From NCBI GenBank assembly GCA_951406725.2, contig OX597814.1:11594001-11658000 (forward strand): DNA of 64,000 nt, in the 5' to 3' direction. Position 1 is the first letter of the stretch; each line of letters begins with the position of its first letter. The notes under the pieces were generated by a model. It searched no databases. It had not been told where the DNA came from and was given only the letters and a program-made list of their open reading frames with translations. The translations under genes were made by a program, and so were the position numbers. Source of the DNA: Octopus vulgaris (Eukaryota). Shown here in pieces: positions 1 through 12,896 of the stretch.

Positions 1-142
1 GCTTCCATAACGAATCCAGTCATATCTATGTGAAACATGCCACTAATTGGCTTGATAGAATTACACAGAACAGATGGTGAAGTTGTCTATTAACCGAGCA
101 CGGAAGGTATCGACGAAATACATTCCCTGTTGTTCGGTAATC

Positions 143-552
143 CTATTTCTTTACTACCTACAAGGGGCTAAACACAGAGAGGACAAACAAGGACAGACAA
201 ACGGATTTAGTCGATTATATCGACCCCAGTGCGTAACTGGTACTTATTTAATCGACCCCGAAAGGATGAAAGGCAAAGTCGACCTCGGCGGAATTTGAAC
301 TCAGAAGGTAGCGTCAGACGAAATACCTATTTCTTTCCTACCCACAAGGGACTAAACACAGAGAGGACAAACAAAGATAGACAAACGGATTTAGTCGATT
401 ATATCGACCCCAGTGCGTAACTGGTACTTATTTAATCAACCCCGAATGGATGAAAGGCAAAGTCGACCTCGGCGGAATTTGAACTCAGAAGGTAGCGGCA
501 GACGAAATACCGCTAAGCATTTCGCCCGGTGTGCTAACGTTTCTGCCAGCTC
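143..552 (-). mobile_element. tRNA-derived SINE family B, head+(body)2 dimer
   Basis: Sense head GAGCTGGCAGAAACGTTAGC...GAGTTCAAATTCC (B box), tail AAAGAAATAG; second body starts at GTATTTCGTC. Other loci ~1894-2071, 25932-26524, 30765-30965, 35467-35709, 39781-40202, 44700-46125, 51218-51447, 52991-53220, 62646-62850. Confidence 0.9.
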
Positions 553-713
553 GATTCCAAAGTATTCCAAAGTATCAACGAAGAAGTAGAACTGTAATAC
601 TAAGAACAGACAAAACAACTGAGTATTCCACTGAGTTATCAGCAAGTTTTGATAATAACTCAGTAGATTGCTCATCTTGTCGTTCTTCACTTGCTTTACA
701 TAATTGTCTGATG

Positions 714-914
714 TATGTATTCTCATGCATACAGTGGCATGTCTAGGCATTCGCATATATATTTAAATGATAAACTTCTGGAAAGTTTTACGGATTTTTA
801 CAGTTCCAGTGATGGCTTGGATCTGTAGTCTTCGAATCAGCTTTCTCCTTTCTCAAGATTGGTATTTAGGCAGCATGCTACATATCCCATTGCACCAATA
901 ATTACAGGTATAAA
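714..914 (-). mobile_element. R4-like LINE C-terminal fragment
   Basis: FIPVIIGAMGYV...RKLIRRLQIQAITGTVKIRKTFQKFII* (stop at 763-765), homologous to 18490-18666. Confidence 0.7.
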
Positions 915-1042
915 CCATCCTAATGAGTGGGGTCATTATGTTTTTGTATATGGAATACTTAAAACACCGTTTATACACTTAATGTACCCCTGAAACTTCC
1001 GTAGATGATATCCTTTAATCCCGAATTTGTATATTTATCTTA

Positions 1043-1420
1043 TACTCTCTTTTACTTGTTTCAGTCATTTGACTGCGGCCATGCTGGAGCGCCACCTTTA
1101 GTCGAGCAAATCGATCCCGGGACTTATTCTTTGTAAGCCTAGTACTTATTCTATCGCTCTCTTTTGCCGAACTGCTAAGTGACGGGGACATAAATACACC
1201 AGCATCGGTTGTCAAGCAATGCTAGGGGGACGAACACAGACACACAAACACACACATACATATATATATACATATATACGACGGGCTTCTTTCAGTTTCC
1301 GTCTATCAAACCCACTCACAAGGCTTTGGTCGGCCCGGGGCTATAGTAGAAGACACTTGCCCAAGATGCTCGGAACCATGTGGTTAGTAAGCGAGCTACT
1401 TACCACACAGCCACTCCTGC
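1043..1420 (-). mobile_element. tRNA-derived SINE family A (internal TA/TG microsatellite, AAAAGAGT tail)
   Basis: Head GGAGTGGCTGTGTGGTAAG...GGTTCAGTCCC. Other copies ~14182-14600(-), 22579-22986(+), 28672-29080(-), 29487-29893(+), 35450-35860(-), 38172-38570(+), 42240-42670(+), 50562-50960(-), 52675-53370(-), 53827-54245(-), 61347-61748(-), 63475-63878(+). Confidence 0.9.
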
Positions 1421-2072
1421 GCCTTATGTAATAATATTTACCAAATTTATTCACCTCTGAATTTTTAAATTTTGAACTCTCATACGATAACTCATATAAA
1501 CATCAAATTCTTAATCGATTGGAACATTTCATTTTGAAAGCCCTTACCTTCGATTTTTATCTCTATATTTGTCATTTCTCCATTCGGTATGTGAACCCAA
1601 CGTATATAATGCATAGTTATCACATATAACATTTACAAGTAATTTTATTCAATTATTTGTATAAATTTATATGTATATTGATTTCGTTGTGTGTTTTAAA
1701 TTATGTTTTGGAATTTGTATTGATTTCTTAGATGTGTTCCTTCTATAATTTCTCTTATCCTTTGATTTAGCTCGCAATGAGCGCTTCTTAATACAGCCCA
1801 TATATTGTGAAGTATACTTAAAAGCATACTTTATAAGAAAATTTAATTTTATACATATCATTATGTATGTATGTATATATATATATATATATAGTCGACC
1901 TCGGCGGAATTTGAACTCAGAACGTAGTGGCAGATGAAATACCTATTTCTTTACTACCCACAAGGGCCTAAACACAGAGAGGACAAACAAGGACAGACAA
2001 ACGGATTAAGTCGATTATATCAACCCCAGTGCATAACTGGTACTTATTTAATCAGCTCGAAAAGGATGAAAG

Positions 2073-2100
<28 letters not shown>

Positions 2101-2106
<6 letters not shown>

Positions 2107-2408
2107 TTGCAAGATTCTTGATGTGAAATCGTGTGTTGAAACAGATGTTGTTGTATTTAGGAATGGTCATTTTGCCAGTTTAGCTAATAAAATGGCTGAC
2201 CGTTAGTAAGTAGAGACACACAAATAAGAAAGAAGAAAGCAAAGGACCATTAATGAGGTCACAGAAGTGTGTCGAAATAACTCTGGCCGAAATAAGATTA
2301 AGATTAATGTAAAAAATAAATAACGCTGAAGCAAATTAACACCAAATATATAGGGCGTGTGTTTTTATTGGTTAAACTGGCAAAATGACCATTCCTAAAT
2401 ACAACAAT
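2101..2408. mobile_element. Penelope-like terminal-repeat fragment with partial inversion
   Basis: 2148-2191 is the inverted complement of 2362-2407; 2190-2407 is homologous to 7070-7285; contains a decayed hammerhead motif. Confidence 0.55.
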
Positions 2409-2499
2409 ATATAAATATATATATATATATTACATAAGGGTTGTGGGAATTCTCATAGTAAATTTTCTTTGTAGACGTGAGGCTCTTCTATCATCTGTT

Positions 2500-2690
2500 A
2501 TTAGTGACTTCAAGCTGGATTTCAATTTTGAGAAAAAAAAGTGTGTGAATGCAAAATGAGAGTAAAGCATTTGGTGAATGAGAATCGATTGTATTTTATC
2601 AAAAAACATCACAGATAAAGAGTAATGCGTGAGCTGGTGCTCTATCATAATACTGTATCTAGGTTTCATTTGTCCATGTCACAGCAGCAT
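2500..2690 (-). mobile_element. Highly decayed mariner transposase C-terminal fragment
   Basis: HQMLYSHFAFTHFFFSKLKSSLK resembles the mariner motif HPPYSPDLAPxDFFLFPKLKxxLK. Confidence 0.5.
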
Positions 2691-2752
2691 GTTCTGTTTG
2701 CTCTGTCTATCCCTCAAAAGCCTGAAAACATCTCAGTAAAACCCTTTGTTAA

Positions 2753-3174
2753 CCCATTAGTGCCCATAATCGTTTTCTTAAATTTATTACCAAAAAATCT
2801 TCGTTTTTTACAACATGCTATATTTGAGCAAAATTACTTTCAAAGATTTTCTTGATTTATAGAACAGTTAGAACAATTATTCATACTATATACAAATATG
2901 TGTTGTACTTCTTACCAAATTTGTACTTCTTACCAAAAAATGGTTGATTGAATAATAGATGAAACGGATTGTATCCTTTCCGTCAAGATTTCCACACTGT
3001 ACTGAAAACTGAAACATCAGTGTTACCAATAGACATCAGAGAGTAGGTGTAATATTTGAAAGGCACTCCAGTCTTGATGACTAACTAAAGATATTTCAGA
3101 AAAATACGGGTGCTGCAGAAATATGATGGATTATCCTTCTGGTCTTAAAAAAAATGACCTTGGTCGCTAATGAG
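2753..3174. mobile_element. piggyBac-like MITE
   Basis: TTAA on both sides; imperfect TIRs CCCATTAGTGCCCA / TGGTCGCTAATGAG. Confidence 0.6.
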
Positions 3175-3336
3175 TTAATCACGAAGTGTTAGCGCTAAGC
3201 AGTGTTTAGGGATGGGCAGTGTATTTGCCTTTTAGCAGTTGAAATGTGTCACATACATGTTTCAACTAACCTAAATTCTGCTCTTTGTTAGTCGTTTGAC
3301 CGCATGAAACAAAGATATGTAAAAGATAATGATACA

Positions 3337-3337
<1 letters not shown>

Positions 3338-3396
<59 letters not shown>

Positions 3397-3468
3397 CACC
3401 AACACCTAAGTACAAAAGCGTCATGTCCACATAGAACATAAGTGCAGATGTGTAGGTGTGTACACCTT

Positions 3469-3517
<49 letters not shown>

Positions 3518-3652
3518 ATGTATGTATGTATGCATGTATGTATATATGTATAAGAGTGTATGTGTGTGTGTTTGTGTGTGTGTGTTTGTGTGTGTGTGCA
3601 TGTGTGTGTGTGTGCGTGTGTGTGTGTGTGTATGTATACGTGTGTGTGTGTG

Positions 3653-3697
<45 letters not shown>
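3338..3697. repeat. Compound (CT)/(CA)/(TG)/(TATG) microsatellite
   Basis: Direct reading. Confidence 0.95.
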
Positions 3698-3699
<2 letters not shown>

Positions 3700-4071
3700 A
3701 CGAACTCAATCACACATCTGTAAACTCCGGCAGCTGACTTAACTCAAAAAATCTTGTCACTTTGTAAGTGACAAGATTTTGTTAAGAACTTAAAAATAAT
3801 CTCAGAAAAACGCATGCATACGTACAAACATACATCCATGCAAATAAAATCAACGAATTAGTAAATACAGCTGATGTGGGGAGTCTTTAATATGATTGAT
3901 CGACTTGACAAAAATAACAGTCAAATCCGCCCTCAAATCATATACTTTCTTTAAGTCTTAGATATATACACTATGCCTTAAAAACACATGCTCATGGCCC
4001 AAACGTCCTTGATTCTGGGCCTAATCGATTTGGAAAACAACAACAGCAACAGCAACAACAATAACAGCGGT

Positions 4072-4112
<41 letters not shown>

Positions 4113-4681
4113 GATCAACATTCAGGCCAGAAATAAAGCAATCAGGCAAAGCGCATTATGTTATCTAAAGGCAATAAAGAATACGAGCCAAACTGTTGCC
4201 AAAAACCAGCTTTGAAAACATTAGAAGGTTAAGGAAGATATTCCACTTCACCTCGTCATTATACTGGTGCCTGGTAATTTCTTCTGTAAGAACACATAAT
4301 TCTCTGTCTTCTCTCAAAGTTTCATTTCTTCTTCTCCATCATCTTCTTCTTCTTCTTCTTCTTCTTCTTCTTCTTCTTCTTCTTCTTCTTCTTCTTCTTC
4401 TTCTTCTTCTTCTTCTTCTTCTTCTTTCTCTCTTTTCTTCCCCCTCTAATTCACTCCCTCTCACTCATGATATCTTTCTATCGCTTTCTCCTTCTCGCCC
4501 TCTTTATATATATATATATATGTGTGTGTATGTGTATGAATGTGCGTGTGTGTGTATGTGTGTATACTCACACGCACACTTGTAGTATGCTTGTACATAT
4601 TTAGATACACACCCTTACAAACTACAGTCTATAAGTGTAATTACTCATCTAAAGATTTGCATGTGTGCGCGTCTATGCATA

Positions 4682-4733
<52 letters not shown>

Positions 4734-5715
4734 TGGGTACGGGACATCAGCAACAGTAAACAACATGAAATACGAAAACAAATGAGTTCGATACGCAAAC
4801 AACTTGAGAAACAAATGGAAAACAGGACCTCCTCCATTGTTTTCTCTCTCGTCCTTTCTCTAATTCCCTTTTTTCTCCCCTTCACCGTTTCTATCTATCT
4901 ATCTCTCTCTCTCTCTCACCCTCCTTCTCCTGTTCTCCCTTTCTCGTTGCTCACACGTGACCATCGTCCATCTTTCTTTTCCTCACGTGATCATCTTTCT
5001 TTTCTTTCAGGACTGTCCTAAGGACTGGATGTATCCTATCTCTCTCTTCTATCTTTTCTCTTGTTTGCTATTTTACCCTCGTTCTCGTCTAACGACCCTC
5101 CATGTTTGTTTTCGTTTGGTTTCTTTGTATGACCCACCATAAACCCCAAATTTTATTTTGGTACTTATGGGAGCAAATGTCTTCGAAGACTCATATTCAG
5201 AAGTTACAGCCCGAGTTGTTTATCTTTAATCGTAAAAATTAAAGGTAATTCAAGTTCAATATTTTCTTGAAACAATAGATTTCTTTAGAGATTAGGATTT
5301 AAATTCCAATCTATGAAAAATTTCCGTTCTACAATATTCTTTAAGGAACGAAAAATTACCCAGCAACTCGGGCTAATACGAACGAGCTTGGTAGATACAA
5401 AAGACTAACTAGCATCTCTTGTCAAGAGTACAGGCAGCAGATTGCCGATATTTGTTGTGCACTCCGCTGTCGTTATTTGATTGTTGTTATTCTATGCGTT
5501 TGTGTAAAGATTAGTTGTGTATTGCAGGGCTGCTTTATTTTAACCCTTAACTTAGAAATGGAGAAACCCATAGAGCAAGATATAAAAAAAAACCATTTGT
5601 GGCTGGAAATATTGCGGGAAAACGTGAAATTCTTCGAGCGAAATCTATGATGAACCCGAGTGACGCTGATGACCTGGAGTCGCCTCTGATATACATACAT
5701 ATATATATATATATG

Positions 5716-5751
<36 letters not shown>

Positions 5752-6964
5752 TGTATGTATGTATGTATGTATGTATGTATGTATGTATGTATGTATGTAT
5801 GTATAGTGCCACGCTAATAGCTTTGGAGTGAAATTTAGGATTTCTTGGATTTTCTGTGAATTTTGATAAAACTTTTCCCGGCTGGTTTTCACACTATGGC
5901 AAACCATTATGTTTTCATTGTTTTGTGTAACGTCCTTTCTTTATTATTTCAGATTCTTCAGTTTTTGGGGTGGACCACGCTAATAGCGTCTCTCCTCCCT
6001 AAAAACAATGAGACGTGAAAAAGGTCTTAACGATGAAGAAAAGCCTGTCATCACGAAAGAAAGTGCTAAAGGTACCTCTCTTCATATCATTGTGGAGAAG
6101 TTAAGTCGTCATATGGATGCAGTTACACGATTCCTTCGCCAAGGAAGAAACGATCCGATTGTGGGACCTCCAAGACTGTGACAGCTAAGGATTTAAGAAA
6201 TATTGGCCGCAAGTTGCGTGAGAAACCTGGAAAAACAAGCAAAGCCATTTTCACCGCCTCCAGACTTCCTCATGTAGCAAAAATCACATCCTCGGGACCA
6301 TGGCTTCTGTGCAAAAACCCCTGAAACTGCCTCCTTTAAGGGAATTTGAGGCTTCAATAGTCCCAAAAGTACATGACGCTAGACATGAGTTGTGTTTTGT
6401 TCACTGACAAAACCAGGGTAACCCTTGACGGTCCTGACGGTTGGACAAATAGTTAGGTCTATTGTGGTCACCAACGTTTTCGGCGTCGACAACAGGATAG
6501 TGTCATGCGGGCTGTTGATAGACTCGTTGGCCCAGTCAGGGTACCTGAAGGCGTTAAAGTGACCGCAGCCACCTACTACAATCTCCTGAAAGAGGTCTTG
6601 GATCCCTGGCTAGATGACATACCGCTGTCACCTCTAAGGAATCTTGTTTTGATGTATGACAACGCTCCCTTCCACTCCGTTAGAACCGCCCAAACATTAC
6701 TAGCAACTTACGGTATACAAGGTGAAAGGTTGATGGTGTGGCCGCCAGCATCTCTGAATCTCAATCCTATCGAAAATCTTTGTTTCATCATTAAACAAGA
6801 TGTTTATGCGATGGATGCCAATTTACCATCAAAGCTGCAGCAGAGGCAGTCCAACCTACTACTATGAAGAAATTGACTGATTCCATGACTAACAGGGTTT
6901 TTGATGTTATCCGTCGAAATGGCACTCGTGTGGCTAAATAATTCATTACGTCAATAAATGTTAT

Positions 6965-7392
6965 AATATTATTACAGGCATCCCCCCACATACACACACT
7001 AAATAAACATAAACGCACATAGAGATAGATATAAGCATGCGCAAATGAAGACATACAATAGAAATACAAAATGGCTGACTGTTAGTAAGGAGAGACACAA
7101 ATAAGAAAGAAGAAAACAAAGGACCACTGATGCGGTCACAGGAGTGTGACGAAAGAACTCTGGCCGAAATAAGATTAAGATTAATGTAAAAAATAAATAA
7201 CACTGAAGCAAAATAACACCAAATATATAGTGCGTGTGTTTTTATTGGCTAAACTGGCAATATGACCATTCCGAAATATAACAATATCTGTTTCAACACA
7301 CGACTTCACATAAAAAATCTTGCACAACAAATATTTAATATTGTTATGGTTTTCTGTTAAATATATATTCAATGTATTCTTAATATATATCA
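6965..7392 (+). mobile_element. Penelope-like terminal-repeat fragment nested inside a Tc1 element
   Basis: Homologous to 2101-2408 and 48480-48680; carries a hammerhead motif; lies between the transposase end and the right TIR. Confidence 0.55.
7121..7165 (+). ncRNA. Degenerate minimal hammerhead motif in a Penelope-like terminal repeat (homologs at 2244-2288 and 48481-48518)
   Basis: GGACCA-CTGATGC-G-GTCACA ggag TGTGAC-GAAA-GAAC-TC-TGGCC; the 2244 copy has TTAATGA, so the consensus core is CTGATGA. Confidence 0.55.
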
Positions 7393-7820
7393 TTGCCCTT
7401 CATTTTCTGAAAAACAAATGTCTAGATGGGCTATTTTCATTCAAAAGCTATTTACGTGGTTCAGCAAAAAATTGAAGACTCTGAAATCTAAAGAAAAAAA
7501 GGATGTTACACAGAATAATGAAAATATAACAACGGTGTTGCCATAGTGTGCAAACCAACTGGGAAAAGTTGTATCAAAATCGATTCACAGCAAACCGAAA
7601 AATCCTAAATTTCACTCCTAAGCTATTAGCGTAGTTCTGGGTGTATATATCTTGATACATACATACATACATACATACATACATACATACATACATACAT
7701 ACATACATACATACATACATACATACATAACGGAATATTTTAAAGAAACACTCATTATCGCTATGGGCTCCGTATGGGCAGCCATCTAAAAGTTTTTGTG
7801 CATCTTGATGCTGACATAAG

Positions 7821-7919
7821 TTCCTTGTTTTTCCTGATGAGAAGGCGGCATAATGCACCACTTATTCCATCGAAATTAGGAATATGCAGCCTTCGAAACA
7901 TATGTCGAAAATAAAGGAA
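7821..7919 (+). ncRNA. Type I hammerhead ribozyme motif, intact core, palindromic minimal stem III
   Basis: Stem I TTCCTTGTTTTTC(7821-33)/GAAAATAAAGGAA(7907-19); CTGATGA 7834-40; stem II GAAGGCgGCATA/TATGCaGCCTTC; GAAA 7895-98; stem III palindrome ACATATGT; GTC triplet ending at 7906. Confidence 0.8.
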
Positions 7920-8115
7920 TTTTGTTAATTCGTCGTTCAACTCCATTCTTTCATTTATTTATATTTAAAAAAAACACATAAATTTCCACACGATAGCACG
8001 TGATCTCTGCCCTAGGCATGTAGCTTCAACCGTGTTTTTCTGACGTGAATTTGCTACCCAGGTATCGGTTAACCGAATTATCCATAATAAGATAATTCAT
8101 TCAACTACTCAATTA

Positions 8116-8745
8116 TACATACATACATACATACATACATACATACATACATACATGCATACATGCATACATACATACATACATACATGCATACATGCAT
8201 ACATACATACATACATACATACATGCATACATGCATACATACATACATACATACATACATACATACATACATACATACATACATACATACATACATACAT
8301 ACATACATACAAATTTCCCTAAAAGTACATGTATCTGTCTATTCATCTTACAATCTATATGTTTGTCTATCACCTCTGTTTCCCTTCCGACTGTCGACGC
8401 AAAAGAGACAAGCCAACGAAATAATAATCCTCACCGAGCGTAGATATCACACGTTTCATTAGGGCAATCCTTTATTTTCCCACCTTAAATCAAGTTGAAG
8501 AGTAAAAAGTTGTTATGGAAGAGACGGCTGATAGAAGGTTTTTCTCCAATAATCTACGGCCTTTGTTTTTATACTGGTTTTTTATCCGGTTCTGTTTATA
8601 TGATCTTTTTTTAGTGTTCTTATTTATTGGGAATCCTAATTCATTTGGGATTCCGTTTCCGTCTATAAATCTTTTTATCATTTCTTCTCCCTATATATAC
8701 ATGCATTCATATATAGATACATACCTACATATACATGTATATATG

Positions 8746-8799
<54 letters not shown>

Positions 8800-9098
8800 C
8801 CTACATATATACATATATATGTATATATATATTTATTTATATATTTATATATGTCTATAAAAACATAGACATATATGTTTGTGTATATATTTATACACAC
8901 ATATATATATATATACAAATATATATGTATACGGCTTGTGTATATACATATGTATACATACATACATACATACATACATATACACATACATACATACATA
9001 CATACATACATACATACAAACAAAGATATATAATTACATAAATACATATATATATACATATATACATATATATACATATATGTATATATGTATATATG

Positions 9099-9150
<52 letters not shown>
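8116..9150. repeat. (TACA)n and (TA)n microsatellite fields
   Basis: Direct reading; 8116-8310 and 8690-9150. Confidence 0.9.
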
Positions 9151-9153
<3 letters not shown>

Positions 9154-9417
9154 CCACACGTGCGTGTGTCTGTGTGTCTGTGTGTGTAGGGAGAGAAAGA
9201 TCGGAGATCTGATAACCGAGACTTATTATTGGAAATCAATCATGTACGCCAGGACGGCCAATGCCCGCCAACTAAACCAACAGCCTCACCAATCTTGCAA
9301 AGTGAATTTGGTTTTTGGACACTTTAAAAAAAATAAAAACAAAACTTGTCGAAGCGCGAAGCCCTCAGTCGTGTCAACGATCATCGAGTAGTATATGTGT
9401 GTGTATGAATGTGAACT

Positions 9418-10311
9418 CACGTGGCTTAGTGGTTAGGGGTGTTTGGCCCACAGTCATAATGTCATGAGTTCGATTACTAGCGGCGTCTTTGTCCTTGAGC
9501 ATGACATTTTATATCACGTTGCTCCAGTCCACTCAGCTGACAAAAATGAGCAGTACCTGTAAGTCAAAGGACCGACCTCGTCCCATTCTGTGGCGATCTG
9601 AATCTCCATGAGAACTATCGGGTTGTCCGGAAAGTTCGTGCCGATTTATATTAGCTTACCTTTCGACTTATTTTAGAACATGGTTGAGTCCGTAAAATAG
9701 GATTTGACTACACCTCCATTTAGATCACAGTTTAAGCTATCTCTTCGTGGTAGAATATTTATGTTCCTATAACCTGTGTTAATTCTGTAACCCTTTAAAA
9801 TGGAAGATAAGAAAGTTCATTTTCGGCACTTGATGCTTTGGGAACCAGACAAAAATTGCTGCAGCTCGGCTGGGATGTGTTACCCCACCCTCCATATTCA
9901 CCAGATATTGCTCCTTCAGATTTCCACTTATTCAGGTCCTCTGCAAAATAGTCTTAATGGTAAAAATTTCAATTCCTTGGATGACGCAAATAGGTACCTT
10001 GATGAATTCTTTGCCATGAAACCATTCAATTCTGGGAAGAGGGCATTTTCAAGTTAAAGGAAAGATGGAGACGCATTGTGCAAGAAAATATGGTTCATAT
10101 TTAGTTGATTAAAAATGTAATGGCAAGTATTTATTGACCTTTTTCTTTCCTTTAAAAATCGGCACGAACTTTCCGGACAACCCAATACATTAAGGGTACA
10201 CGTATCAGTGCAGTGCTCGGCCACTTTCACATTAAATACACGTTTCACAAGCAGGTTGTTCCGTTGATCGGATCAAATGGAACCCTCGTCGTCGTAACCG
10301 ACAGAGTGCTA

Positions 10312-10312
<1 letters not shown>
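9418..10312 (+). mobile_element. tRNA-derived SINE (family C) interrupted by the mariner; uninterrupted relative at ~59790-60070, partial relative at ~49868-50160
   Basis: A-box TGGCTTAGTGG, B-box GAGTTCGATT, central gtccttgagcaagacac...cagtccactcagctg domain shared between copies. Confidence 0.7.
9618..10185 (+). mobile_element. Internally deleted mariner element nested in a SINE
   Basis: TA TSD, TIRs TCGGGTTGTCCGGAAAGTTCGTGCCGATTT; transposase start [15 protein letters not shown] fused to C-terminal [18 protein letters not shown]. Confidence 0.92.
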
Positions 10313-10357
<45 letters not shown>

Positions 10358-10486
10358 ATGTGTGTTGGCATGTGTGTATTCGGATGCTTTCTTAAGTAAT
10401 ATATAAAACCATTCTCAAAACTACAATAAGCTTTGCAGCAGCTTTTTTTTAAGGTTGATATCTTGTAAAGAAAGAGAGCTAGATAG

Positions 10487-10690
10487 GGGGAAGGATGAGG
10501 AGGAGGGGGAGGAAGTGGAGGAGGGGAGGAGGAGGAAGGGGAGGAAGTGGGAGGGGAGGGGAGGGGGAGTGGCGGATGGGGAGGGGAGATGAGGGGGAGG
10601 AGGGGGGAGGGGGAGGAGGGGGAGGAGGGGGAGGAGGAGGAGGGGAGGAGGATGGGGAGGAGGAGGAGAGGAGGAGGGGAGGAGGAGGGT
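10487..10690 (+). repeat. G-rich homopurine (GGA/GGGGA)n tract
   Basis: Direct reading; source of the poly-Gly and poly-Pro ORFs. Confidence 0.95.
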
Positions 10691-11524
10691 GCAAGAGTCG
10701 TCACAGGCGAATGAAAATGATTTACAATCAATAGTAAAGAGGCGACGTATTCCGAGGGGAATTCAAAAGTGTAATGTAATCCAAGTGCAGAAGTAATCCA
10801 GGAATTAAATACCACAAATCATCGTCGGAAGGACGTAGAAGATCTGTGTGATCAAAACTAAAAAGCCGAGCGACAGGAGTCTTACTTTTTTTTTTCTTTG
10901 TAGCGGAGATCTCATAAAGAAAAAGAGTAAGATTGGGAAGGATGAAATAGCATGAAAGATTCACGGACGAATTAAAATGATTCATAATCAATGCTACAGA
11001 GTAGACGTAGACATTGTATTGGTCAAAAAACAATTGTTGCAATGAAGAATTGTTTCGAACTTTCATATTTTATATATTCTTGTCTTGCTGTATGTATTCC
11101 GACTCTTTGAGTTCAGATTTCAAATCTCGCCGTGGCCTACTTGTGTGGTAGACATAATCCGCCGTCCGATATAACACCACCGTCTGGCCCTTAGTGGAGT
11201 CCGGTTTAACACCACCATCTGGCTTTTAGTGGAGTCCATTCCAATACAAGAATTTGGGCCAGGTCTCTGGTTTCAGGACACATTATTCATTCTCCCTCAC
11301 TCCAGGCACGGAGGCCATGTAAAAAGTCCTGAAGAATGCTTTCCCTTCTCTAAAAGATAAAAGATATACATACAAACATGCATATTTATAGACAGACGTA
11401 CACACACTCATACACATGCATGTATACTTACATGTACATACATGCATACGTGCAAACGAACACACGGGCGCACATACGCATACATACACACGCATACACA
11501 CATACATGCATACATACATACAAA

Positions 11525-12815
11525 CGAGGGGCGTTCAATAAGTAATGCCCCTGACCCACTTCCCATAGCAGTAGAGCAACGAAACTTGGCACAGTTATTA
11601 GTCTTTTTCTACATAGGAACCACCCAGAGTTACGCATTTCTCCCATCGTTTGATGCGGCTCTGGAGACCGTTTTTGTAGAAGAACCCAGCTTGGTCCTCC
11701 AACTTGAACGTGACTTCAGAAATCAAGGCTGCATCATCTGGGAAACGCTTTCCTTTCAAAAACAACTTCATGATTGGGAAGAGGTGAAAATCAGAGGGTG
11801 CAAGGTCAGGAAAATAGGGGGGATGGGGAGGAGTTCATAGCCATACGCCTGTGCTTCTGATCTGGCGACAAGCGAGTTGTGGACCGGAGCGTTGTCCTGC
11901 AGGAGGAGGATGCCTTTGCTGATCTTGCCCCGCCTCTTGATTTTGATAACTTCTCTTAATTTCCTCAAAAGGGAAGCATAATAGGCTCCTGTAATTGTGG
12001 TACCCTTTGCCAGGAAATCTGTCATCACTACTCCATCCTGGTCCCAGAAGACTGTGAGCATGACCTTGCCAGCGGAGGGCTGCACCCTTGCCTTCTTTGG
12101 AGGGGGTGAGTCACGGTGCTTCCACTGCATTGACTGAGCTTTGGTCTCTGGATCATCGTGATGGACTCAGGTTTCATCCTGTGTAATCAGTCTTTTGAAA
12201 AATTTTGACTCATCTTCTTGGCACATCTCCAAATTCACCCTCGAGCACTCGACGCGTTCTTGCTTCTGGAAAGGCGTGAGCAACCTGGGAATCCATCTGG
12301 CAGACACCTTTTGCATAGGCAAATGGTCATGAATGATAGTTTCCACAGACCCGGTACTAAACTTGACCTCATGGGCTATTTGGCGAATAATTATGCGTCG
12401 ACCTTCCAAAATGGCAGCCTCAACTTGACGGACAGATGCCTCGTCAATGGCAGAAGGGGGCGACCAGATCTGGGAGCTGTTTCCACAGAGTTCCGACCAT
12501 GTTTGAATTCACGATGCCAGCGCTTTACAAGGTCATATGATGGGGCATCATCACCATAAGTTACTTTCATTTCATCAAAAGTCTCCCGTGGTGTGCGTCC
12601 TTTCAAATACAAAAACCGGATCACTGCTCGACACTCAACAGGCTCCATTTCACACTTGACTCGGTTCAAACACCTGTAAATCAGAAACCACAATTAATTC
12701 AGAGCTGTAATTTGCCACTTACTCTATAGAGATATAAATGATTGCACATGCAAAATTTCAGCTAGATCAAACAACTGCAAGTGGGTCAGAGGCATTACTT
12801 ATTGAACGTCCCTCG
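11525..12815 (-). mobile_element. Full-length (1291 bp) mariner element
   Basis: TIRs CGAGGGGCGTTCAATAAGTAATGCCCCTGACCCACTT at both ends, TA at 12816-17, inserted in a (TACA)n tract. Confidence 0.95.
11598..12648 (-). pseudogene. Mariner transposase (D,D34D) disrupted by frameshifts and a stop
   Basis: MEPVECRAVIRFLYLKG...[43 protein letters not shown]; split over three ORFs in the track. Confidence 0.93.
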
Positions 12816-12863
12816 TACATACATACATACATACATACATACATACATACATACATACATACA

Positions 12864-12896
<33 letters not shown>

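Larger units (their letters stand above)
5804..7639 (+). mobile_element. Degenerate Tc1-family (IR/DR type) DNA transposon
   Basis: ~185-bp imperfect TIRs (5804-5987 / 7447-7639), each with the duplicated motif CCACGCTAATAGC. The frameshifted transposase (~6008-6940) has FTDKTRVTLDGPDGW, LMYDNAPFHS and WPPASLNLNPIENL (DD34E pattern). Confidence 0.85.

Noticed and set aside
8490-8681. 63-aa non-repetitive ORF (MIKRFIDGNG...) with a nearby GT donor
   Set aside because: No recognisable domain, it stops before the donor, and no partner exons were found; a UTR exon cannot be excluded.
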